A DNA stretch of 64,000 nucleotides from Catajapyx aquilonaris (taxonomy: Eukaryota), in the NCBI GenBank assembly GCA_000934665.2, contig KZ538375.1, positions 1 through 64,000 on the forward strand, read 5' to 3'. A model generated the notes under the pieces. It ran no database searches, was not told where the DNA came from, and saw nothing but the letters and a program-made list of their open reading frames with translations. Below are positions 1 through 11,500 of this stretch, in pieces (positions within the stretch are counted from its first letter, which is position 1; each line of letters starts with the position of its first letter). The translations under genes and the position numbers were made by a program.

Positions 1-3000
1 TGGGAACCAGTGGGGGTGCAGCCCCGAGGCCCGGGTTGGAAAGGGGTTAATTGGAGCGAAAGCGGGCGGAATCCTCGCGCGCGCCAACCGGCTTTGCTTC
101 CATTCCCGCGAGGATTTCTATTCTCTGGCTCTCTCAGCGCTTTGCCTCGTTTTTGGCAGTGAGGCCGCTAGTGGGGGGAGGATGGCTAAAAAAAAGAGGG
201 TGGGGGTGGGGGAGGGGGAAGAGAGAAAAAAAAGTTGGTCCAATCAAAGCCCTGCAGCATTACCAAAAGAGAAAGGTTTCAGCACAACTTCACTCGGCAT
301 CCATGTTAGGTACTGCAAATCATAGCAGGATTTTTGTGGGCCAATAGCAACGACTTTTCTGCGATGTTTTCGGAGGGGTTTGGATGGATTAAGATGCAAG
401 TAGAGATAATGCGGGGTATTCGCGAATTGACGTTTGGCTCAAATTGCTTCTTTGTTCTGGGGGGGCTGCAGACATGTAATAAAACTTGGGTCCCTTGTGA
501 GCTGGACGGAAGTTGGGTTTTTTTTTTTTTTAACCGGGCGTAATGTTTGCTAATAATTTTCAAAATCAAATAATGACCTCAACCTTGATGGCTGCGCGAC
601 TCGTATAGAGCAGAACACTTTCTTATAATCGATGTGATTTCTTATGGATTTGTCGGTACTTTAGTCATTGTGCATGTGGAGGTCGAGCATTTTGAATGCA
701 TGAAAGTAGATTTTTACCTTTTGAAACTGCATGCAACATAAATGATGAACAACAGCTCTCACGGTTTTCGTGATATGTATCAAATGTTTTTCACTTTGTG
801 TGAAGTATTGCTCATGGTTCATGTGTGATCTGCCAGAGTGTTTATGACCACAGTGGATCATTATTATCGGCTTGTTCGGCATTGTTCTATAAGTGGATTT
901 TATTTTCTTTTTGCTTCATTTTGGAATATCAATGACTTGTACATGAGGAGCAATCTTGGATTTCAACATGGGCTTATGTAATCCATGCTACTAGTAGACA
1001 CAGCATACTGTTGAACAGTAATGCTCACTGCTGATGTTTATTCAGTATAATGGCCCGCTGGATTGGAATGCAATTCGCAGTCCACCTGCACATAGTAAAC
1101 TTTCATTTCATATAAGTTATTCAGAGTCACACGTGAAGCATGACCTGGACTAAAGGGCTTGGAACGTCCCATGAGATATAATCACATACATTATTGCACT
1201 AATGAATTAATGTCCTGTCTCTTTGACAATGCTGGAAAAATACCTGAGTATCAAGAATGAGTCGTGAGCGATGCGTGAGTCAGCTGGAAATGGCCGTGAT
1301 TTGGGAGGGCAGGGGAGAGGAGGAGAAGGGGGGGGGGGTTAGAAGGATTTAGTGTCGTGCGGGGGCGATGGGGACTGTAATGGGCGGATGAGGAGGGGCT
1401 TTGCATCGGGGTGATTATGATTTGGATTATTGAAAAGCGAAGTGGGGATTCAGGGGATAGGATTGGGGGGAATGTAGACTCCCCGCCCTTCAGTCGCACA
1501 CGTGACCCCTGACCCCTGCACGCCCTTTGGGGCAGGAGAAGAGTGATCAATGTCAATGAATATTGGAGAATCCTGTGGGGGAAGGGACTGGGGGGTAAGG
1601 AGGGGTGACAGTGGCTAATGCGCTGCATGATCACTCCGCGGTTCAGGGTTCTCCCAACTGTTTTCTTCATTCTGTTCATTTCCATTCCATGGTTTTACCG
1701 CATGTTTGTTTCTGTATGGTCAGTAGCATACTGCAATTATTTTAAATGGGAATAATTGTTAATAGCAATAAACGGAGCCATTGGATCATCCTTAATAGCA
1801 AAGTGGTATGGAGTCACGATTTTTTGAGTGACGTAACACGTACGTGTGGGCGTGATGTGGTTGGGGTAGGATTTCTAGCGGAAGGTTTGTGAAGTGGGGT
1901 TGGCCCCTCTGAGGGCACCCATTTTCAGGAGCAATGAGTCGTGTGAAGGTCCACAAAGGGAGCAGTGGGTAGGCTCCCACAAATCCCTCGCCTGTAGCCT
2001 TCATGCTTGCTGCTGCTGCTGCTGCTTCAGGGGACAGGCCGACGCCGACCAAGCCGTCCGTCGTGTTACTTTGCGTTTGCATTGCGGGCGAGGCCTTCTC
2101 TTTTTAAACCCCCCTGTTTGCCTCACCGGAAGCACCACCCTCCCCCTGAAAGCAGGTGATGCTTATGAAACACGCAGGTGCAAACGGTCGTGTGAATCCA
2201 GGATTTTTACACGGAAACAGTCGATATCAGATTAAGTCGCCATTTTTCTATATAGCCTATAATTATATCTACGCGAATTAATTCAGTCAGGAAAAATACC
2301 CACCCCTCCCACCCCTGCTCCTTTAACGAGCCCTCATTGACATGATCAGGGCAAGAACGATTGAGAGTCACAACGCGCGATCTCCAGGGACAGACGGGAG
2401 TTAGATCCAACTTTGCATACTGAGGACGTGGGGGGTGACGTCAGTTTTTGGGATCCCTGAAGATACGAAAGGTCGGATCGGTTCTGTCTCGAGAGAGATC
2501 AACAGGGGAGGAAATTGATTCACGCGATTTGCCAACGTTCCCTATCTCCATAAAATAACATGCGGAAAATCGCTCCCTGTAGGTCGCCTCGCATTTAATT
2601 GAGTTGGTGCCGAAGATGTGCGTGTGTAGAGATGGTTACCGAGGAGGAGGACAGAGAGAGGACACTATCCATAAGTGCAAGCAAGCAGCATCTGGATCGC
2701 AGGGCACGTCAAAGTCAGCAGCCGCATCTCCCTAATCTCATCCCTGTCGGAAATTGGAGGGAATTACAGGGCAGGGAAGGCCTCTGGGGTCGGGGGGGTG
2801 GGGGGTTAGGGGGTCGCTTAGGGGTCGCCCTGAATATGCAACGCGGGTTAAAGGATGGGGTGGGTGGGAGGCAATCGCTTCAGCCCTTCTCTCGTTTTTT
2901 TATCCCCTTGTTCCTTTCTTTATATCTCTTTTGAGGCATACTGTACTGTGCACCCCCTCCAGGTCACCCCGGGGGGTCCAGGCCGGCAATGAAAGCAGAC

Positions 3001-5132
3001 AGCCCTCCGCGGCGCCCCCTTTGAGGGCTGATCGCGGATTTAGCGCCTTTTTCAGACCCACCCGCATAGCTCCCAGCCTCACTCCTCTGGGATTTGTGTA
3101 TTACTAGTCTGCAAGGAGAATAGCTATGGCCGCATAACCGACTGTTTTTTTATATTCTTTGCGTGTGCAAAATCAATATGGGTTGGCTGCAGGCTACAGG
3201 TACTCTTTGTGTACCATCTTCTGAAATCATGTTTTCCTTGTGAACACTATACCTTGCATCCGGCGAACTGTTGCTCCGTACACCAATCAGCCTGTAAATT
3301 CTTCCATAAAAATTCCTGCAATGCAATAATCTTCACCATCAAAGGAGCTGAAACGAAAGTAGTGCTACGTGAGCTCGCTTTCTTGGGGAAAAAGCTGTGT
3401 GCGAGTGAAACCTCATGAAGCTTGATTCGAAAATGCTTTTCGATGTCTTGGTATAGGCCCAGAGCGCCCAACCTCTTAGCCATCACCCAATAGCAAACCA
3501 GACGGAAAATTGTCTCGGTACGAAAAAAAAGGAGAAATAGATGATGGTATTCTTCTTCTATTTCCTGGTGCTGCCACTTGAGCAGATCGGAGAGGATCGG
3601 GTTTCTGACAAATTCCAGGGGTTCCCTGTTCCCCTTATATTCCCCCTTCTTCCTAAGTTGCGCCACCAAGAAAACACGATTGAGTCGGCGGCGAGCAAGG
3701 CGCACGACTTAATCCCGTTTGCAGCCTTCAGCCGTCAGCACCGCCACCTGCATACTGAATGAGTCCGGATGGGCTTCTCCCCAGTGTGGGTGGGGTGGGT
3801 GGAAAAGGTTTCCAAGAGAAAAAAAGGAGAGCCGGAGAAAGAGAGGAAAAAAACATTTATTCCACGCCACGAGCAGAGTTTAACAGAGATGGAGGCTCCC
3901 ACCCGCATTTTTCCGTCTTTTGGAAGTTGGGGGGAGGGAAGAAAACTGGAAACAACACGTTGGAAAGATGAGGTGGTGTGTAAGATGTGGGGGGGGGGGG
4001 AGGAGGGGTAAGGAGACGGCGAAGGAATCATCAACAAAGTTGGTTTGTACTGCACTTGTCCGTCGGCGGTCCACTTCGGGACCGAGCACACATCCGACTC
4101 CGGTTCGCACACCGGTTTTAAGCACTTTTATACTGTTAAATATTTTTTTTGGCTCTTGCTCTTCGTCTTCTCTTTTTTGGTCCCGGAGTCTGCACTGGCG
4201 ACGCTGCGCTTTTAATTTTAACATTGCACAAGAGGGGTTTGTCGCAGCACCAATCAGATTCAGGTATTGGCGGGGGCACAGTTTGCTGCCTGATTTTGTG
4301 ACCCGGTATTGAAATAGTCGAAAATAGACACGTGTCTTTGGCATAATAGTATCTATAAGAAAAATGTACATATGACATTTTTAAGGGTTGGCCTCCGTCC
4401 AATGGAAGCTTGCGACAGCTGGATGTTTCTAACAAGTGGCATGTGTAAGCACAATTATTATAATCATTGCTCACGTGGAAATGTTCAATATTTCAAGTGT
4501 TCCGCTACACCGTAGCTGTACCTTCTCAGGGCGATTAAAATATTTTACACACGAATTACACTATTCTTAACGGAGCAGGCATATATTTGACCAATAATAA
4601 AATGTCGAATAAACTTTGAAGAGCAATAAACAACATTGGCAATAATTATGTTTTACAAACAATATCTTCACCCAAACATGTAAGGGGTAATAAAATGTCG
4701 ATAAATATAAATCAAACAATAATCGAAACTTCTTCAACAAGATGATTAAATTATAAACACATTCTGGAACACAAATTATGTCACTTTTTACCAAAATCTG
4801 TAATCACGGTGTACCAAAGAAAACTTAGCAGCGCACTGTGGCAGTATGGCTCCCCCCCTCCCTCCCCTAAAAAAGGGGTCACACATGGTAAATTTATGAG
4901 TTGACGATTAGGCAGGCAACTAGTGAAACACGCGAGAAGGAAGTTCGAAAGTAACATAGTAGTGGATGTTTGAAAATTACGCACTATAAGGGACGTGATA
5001 TGGGTACACTGTCTGAGATGGTGTGAATACTGATTGATGCTGCATGTTGACCTCACAATATATTAATAAATGTTTGGCAAGGGCCAGTGTGGCCAGTGCT
5101 GACGAACGTAACATGTTCCGGCTCTTCCACTA

Positions 5133-5521
5133 CTAGCTGATGGTTGCGGCCTCGCAGGTGGGGGCGGTCATCTCCCTGTCTGGTCGTCCGACCGCTGACC
5201 TGCTGTGACACGAGGTCGCCACTGTGGAAGTGGCGATGGCGATGCTGTTGACGTAATGCGGGGGAGGCGGGGGCCGGGGCGGATGGCCCGGGTGCGGAGT
5301 TGGCCCCTGCCCAGGGCCCATCCCGACCACGGAGCCGGGGCTGGGCAGCTCTGTGTGTTGAGTCTCCTTGTGCCGCCGGAGGTCAACCTTCCGCTGGAAG
5401 GCCCGTCCGCAGAGGTCACACGCGAATGGCTTGAACCCCGTGTGCTTCCGACTGTGTGTGATGAGATTCGAGGACTGGCTGAATGCCTTTCCACACACGG
5501 CGCACTTATGCGGCTTCTCCC
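5133..5521 (-). CDS. sens-2: sens-2-like exon 6 (ZF5, ZF6, Pro-rich C-terminus, stop)
   Basis: Acceptor ttttatgttgcag|GG GAG AAG CCG completes TGEKP. Encodes [55 protein letters not shown] at 5135-5133. Confidence 0.95.
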
Positions 5522-8500
5522 CTGCAACATAAAAAAGAGAAAACGCAATCATCACCCCCGCGAAACAGCAGGTTTGTTGAGGCAAGTAATGGCCGGTGTC
5601 GCAGGTTTGCTAAATTAGCAGCGTCGAGTCGTAGCCTGCGACATGATGTGACGTGTATTAGAATAACTGGGCCGGCCTAATGAGCTAACCCAATAAAAGC
5701 CGGCAGCGGAGCGCAACCCTCTAATTCCATTTAGCAGCCCATGTTGATACATGCGGCGGGCCCACAAAAGACCAGCGATCACTTTTCACTTGCCTCATCC
5801 CATTAGCTGCTCATACATAGGGATTGGCTAAGGTTGAGGGCGCGCCATTTGGTCAACCCCCCCAAGCTCTTTGCGTCCTAATCCTCCAGAGGACCGCAGC
5901 CAAAAAGGCTCACTGCACTGGGATAGTACTGGTGGTGTAGTCGTGGTCCACACCAGGCAGGGAAAGATCATCGCGGTGACCTTTTTGACCAGACAAAGCC
6001 TGTTGTTCAAGCTCTCTGTACACACAGGCGATTATGTCGGTTACAGTATTACAGGGAATATGCCCATTATCTTACACACAATAGCGCCATATACGTACTG
6101 TACAGTGTACACACTGTAATTATTCACGTACCGATTCCGAGGTAGTACATTGGGATCAACAAAAAATTCCGTCGGCGCTCTATACGAGACAGCCCATCGT
6201 TCAGATGATACTGACTTGAAAATGATATATCACGATGTACCGATTCATGTACCGACTCGGAGGTGTGATTTTGTGATCAACTTTTGTTGATCACAAAATC
6301 ACACCTCCGAGTCGGTACATGAATTACAGTGCAGAAAAATTCGGCGTAACAGTTAGAAATTTGAGAGTCTCTCCTGTAATCGGTCTTTTCTGTCTCTCCC
6401 CCGCAATATGCAGTAATAGATTATCCTTAGTAGTAATTGGTTGGCTCCGCGGGCTGGATAAAAAATTCATGGGCAAGCCATGATGTTGCGTGCTCCGTTC
6501 TGCCGCCAGGATAACCTATAGCGATAAGTTACGCGCGGGGAAGATTTCCGGGAGCCCTTTTTCCCGTTGGCTTATACCCAATAGGGGATTTTATACCGCC
6601 GTTAAGAGAGGGCAGGCCGCCGGCTTCGTGTTGTAGAATTGGAGGGTTTGAGTCGGGAGGGTCAAGAAACAGCTCCCCTCCTCCCATGAGCATTGGCAAA
6701 AAGCGTTCCAAAAATGGAGGCCGTGTCCAGTTAGGAAAGAAACTGTCAGTTCAGCGATTATTTGCGAGGCCTGGGGGGACCTGGGGAACTGGACCAGAGG
6801 AGAGGCTGCTGGGAGGGGGGTAGTGTATGATGAGGGCAAGATGGGGAGGAGGTGATTCCAAAACCACCTCGCCTATTCTTTCCGGCCTCAGGTCACGTCC
6901 AGTTATATTGGTCAGCTTGGGCAGAGATTTCCACCGGAGACAATCACGGCAGGGAAGAAGATGGAGGAGGAGGTGTAGGGGCTGTTTTTCGGGGGGCGGG
7001 ATGGCACGATGACCCTCTCTTGGCCCCATCACCTACTTCCACGTTGCCAAAATTCGGGAAGGGGCTTTAAGGATAGGCAGGGTGTGGATATGTGCTAAGC
7101 TTCTTAAAGTTGGTCGAAGATAGAAAAGTTTTTGCATATGAAGAGACGAATGTTGCATGCATTATGGGCATTTTAAGCATGATATTCAGCAGAGAGGTGC
7201 ACTGCACGCAAGAGCAAGCCGTACAGCTTTATGGCTTATTTTTTTAAAAGGCTACATGCTGAGCAAATTGATGATAATCGATCTTGATTTCCAACCTTAC
7301 TTTGTTTGCGCATAAATTCATTGATTTTTCATAAAGTGAACTATGCACACAGAAATTAAATTTTATATCTCTCTTGAATTCCTGATCAAACCGACTTGAC
7401 CATTACACGAAACTATAGGATTGACAAAATTTTTAAATAATATTCATGAGTAACAACTGTGTAGTACCCATTTCTCAAAAGACTAAGGTTTAGCTTATTT
7501 GTCAGAAAAGTCAAAAAGAGTAAAGGCATGCTACAGACTGTATATAGACTATAGAGTATTACCGTCCTTAGCACCTGGCAACGTGAAAGGATTTGGTTTT
7601 AAGAAATAATGTTCTCTTGTCACGTTTGAATTAATATTGGCGTTTCCAGTTTTCTTGCTGAAATTGAGACCTGTCTTTTGGTGTGTAATTGAAAAGACGA
7701 ACTTAATATTGCACTTCACTTTATTCCAACATTAAGGCGAGATGTAAAACAAACACAAATTCGTACTGTATATATACTTGTGGTTGAGGCTTCCCAAGAA
7801 TCGAAGATTGAATAAGCAGGGATGATTTCGCTGAAACAGAGATAAAAGTTCTATAACAGTTTTGTATAATTGAGTTAAGTAGAAAGCATAACAAATAAAT
7901 CAGACTACATCGGCACTAACCGGAATTAAATTATTGCCTGCGGATTGCTGGCATCACTATAGTGTTGACATCCGATTGCTGTGTACAAGATTGCGAATCA
8001 ACCTTTAACAGAAATTTCAGAAATCTCATTAATGAATAAAGTGTGGTTATTCGAAATAAGAACACATTGCAAGTTGGGAGGTGGTTCACATTGCAGAAGT
8101 GATGGTCTGTAGAGTGTGTTTCAACTTAATTGTCCACAATGGTTAGCTATATGTTACTTTAAAGCTCCAAGCTACTTGTTATTATAGAGTTATTTTCCAG
8201 CAGTTAGACCTCTTCTTAGGGGTCTAAATGGGATCGAGCACTGCTGACCTTGAATGCCACTAATGATTCTATATGGGTCATTTTCAAAAGCGCAATTTCA
8301 ACATTTACCATTCAGGGCAGCATGAAGCATTGAACATAAGATCAACAGCCCGTACTTTTGATGCCAAACAAATTCTAACCAGCACTATATATGGGCCATG
8401 CGATTGAAACACACTCAAGTTACTGACCTAAAACTGTATTAGTCCCATTTGAGCCATTCAAACAGGAATCCTCACCTTGAATGTGCTACGCTGCTGGGCT

Positions 8501-11500
8501 GCGATTATCAGTAGTAGTCGCAACGGTGGCTCAGGTATCTCGTATTCCGCACACTCGGCACCTCCTCACCTGTGACACATGCCTCTTCTGTCACTATACC
8601 TGCGACACTCCGGACGACACTCTGTTGACCCTTCTGATTTAAGCACGACAGACGACGAGAATGAGAGGCCTATATCTATATAGCACATCTTTCAATATTG
8701 CTCATTGCTGCACTGAGCAAATGTAACAGCTCGATGTGATGGGAGTACTGGTTAATCAGAGACTCAGTACATCCTGCCCCATCGCTATATATATCACAGT
8801 TATGCAGTACTATACACCTGCGGCTTAGAGTACACAACGTTTCGCCAGCATATAGATCCGCCAGTATATATACATGCACTCTGTACTATACTGCATGCAC
8901 TTCATGCAGTACGAAAAGGATGGCTCCCACGCAATCAGATTTCCATATGTAATATTCTGCTAGAGAGTACGTACTTTCGCATGCTATTGTAAGGCACGAA
9001 TAAATAATGCGAGTGACAACTCATAACAAAACAAGCGATAAGACACGACTAACACCCTCCACTAAATAGCTGGTCCCACAAAAGGGCGTTTTAAAGCCGC
9101 GATAATAATCCCAAGCCAGCACCGACGGGACTGGACGCATCAGCACGCAAGTCATTAGTCATGCAGGAACGAATGTAGACGCGCAACACTCGACATTCGT
9201 CCCCCAAAAGTATTAGTCCGTCGAAAGGAAAATAGAGCAGTTGAAGTGCAGCAGCAACCGGGCAGCAGCAATATTGTTGGAGAGGATTTAGGTTTAGGTG
9301 GTGGTGGTGGTTGTGGGAAGAGAGGGGGTTATATTATGATGGGGGTGTACTTCTGCTGCTGTATACTATGCCATGCCATAGTATCTACCAGCAGCAAGCA
9401 GTAGCACAGCAGTATTATATAAGGCGGGCGGACGGGCGCCATGAACGGAAGCAGTTGCCAAGGCAACGCTGTTGGTGCCCCGTCCCCGCCGACAGCCGAT
9501 TGGTCGTCTCGCCATGCTGACAGCTCCGGACTATAGCCCCCCTCTGCTGCTCTCTCTTCCTCGATCGAACCGCCATGAAATGAGACGGGAGAGGAAATCG
9601 CTGTTTGGCCCATCATTCTTACTCCGGGACACCGGATTTATTTTCCGCCACCGCCTCCTCCACTCTTGTGTGAACTATCTCAAGTGTGAAAGTCGGGAAG
9701 TATGTTATAAATGAAGTGAAGGGAGTCTGATTTGCAGGAGGATTTTCTGCCAGGATTTGCCTCCTACACCCTTACATGCTGTATTGAATTTGATGCGCGG
9801 GCATGAAACGCGTGGGTGCTGCAAGGTAGCGGGATGACACTCTATACTATAATACAATGTCACTGTTATGTACAGGGTTTTATAGGCAAGAACAGGCCAT
9901 TGTATACGAGTGTTTAGAAAATGTGATTTCACTGAGCATATTTTACCAGGCAGTTCCCTTTTAAAGGCGTCTTAATCGCATGTGTTTAATGTTCCGTGAC
10001 CTAACATCCTTTGAATTATAAATTGCGCCACAAGCGTTATGGCGTTACATGCCAATGATGAGTCGCTCGTCAGCGCGATATATTTCTGCCCGCGATTACG
10101 TGTTTCCTGCTATTATATTTATTATGTGTGCTGTGTACGCTGACGCAAAACAGTAAATGTATAACGTGCATGCTCCAGTAAAATTTGCATTGTACATAAA
10201 TACTGTATAAAAATTGTAATAGCATTGGTGGGGGGGGGGGGGCTTGAAATGCAGCGTGTTGTAAACTCAACTGCAGTTAATTAGTAAAGCGCAATGGCCA
10301 GATGCAATAGGTTTTCCTGTGATAGATTTACAACATAACTGCTGCGTGCGTGACACGCTATAGAAGCAAAGACATAAAGGGCCAAATGTTTACTGCGAAT
10401 TAATGCTCTTACGCAATACGTTTCTCGGCTGGTATATAGTTGGTAGTGCACATAATTATTTTTTTTGATCCGCATTTGCTGTGATTTAGAATGTTGTGGA
10501 CACTGCTGCGAGGTATATGAGTGTAACGGGATGTGATAGTGAGTAGTCCCGGCATGCATCGAGAGGCCATCTGCGCCTCCTAAATGGATTAGTGTGGTAG
10601 GTGAGGTGGTGGAAGAGAAAAGTGAGTGGGGTTGGGTGGGAGGCACATGCTGGTGTCAGGTTGAGCGCTATTCGGCTAACAGGATTGGCGGCTGGGCTGA
10701 ATAAGTGACAAGGTGGAGGCCCGCCTGCCCCATTAGGAACCCGATCTTCCTAGGGATTGTGGTGATGCTGGTGGGGTGTAGAGGGGATGAGTGAATCTTG
10801 TCTCATCTCCATCACAATGCCCGGATATAGATAATCTCCCCCTTCCCTATATACACACCCTCTCGTTGCCTCCAAAAAGGCGGACACGGGAATTACAACT
10901 GGCTCCATCCAATTTTGACACCCCCGGTCTTTACCCAGAAGGGCACATCAACAATCGGAGCTTGGGCTTGACCAATCCTAGCCGGATTTTATCTTCTGCA
11001 CCAGCACCCCCATCCCTACTCCCCCTCAGAAAGCCCGGGCCTCTTCCCTCTGCAGGTTATCGAATTAGGCAGCTCTCCTGTTCTGGCGGAGTATCCGGAA
11101 GCCTCGCGGGGGTTCCGGGTTTCCGCCCGGATCCCCCGAGTTGGGTAAACAGTCAGGATGGGATGTTACGATCGAGAGTGGGGGGGATNGGTGCTTAGGA
11201 AAATGGGGGGATTGCCGCTGGCAAAATATTTTTCTTGGGGAGCCCCCGGATGAAATTTCAAGGCACTCGAGGCCGCGCCGTTTATTAGGTAGGGCCGGGT
11301 GGTTTGAGGGGGGGGAGGGGGAGAGGAAAAGAGCGCATGAAAGAGTGGAGACAATCTAGTAGAAGCAGCGACGGCGACCCGGAACCTTGATTATACACGG
11401 CGCAATCAAGGGTCTGGAAAACCCTCCCCTTTCCTTCCCCCCACTTGCGTCAACTTCCTATATAAAGCAGGGCGGGACTCTCTATAGAACCAGATTGAAC

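Noticed and set aside
3247..3705. 152-aa minus-strand ORF downstream of the sens-2-like gene
   Set aside because: Non-ATG start, no recognisable domain and no supporting splice structure; likely chance.
4813..4820. ACCAAAGA, a miR-9 8-mer site in the 3' UTR region (fly sens is a miR-9a target)
   Set aside because: It is on the plus strand, antisense to the minus-strand mRNA.
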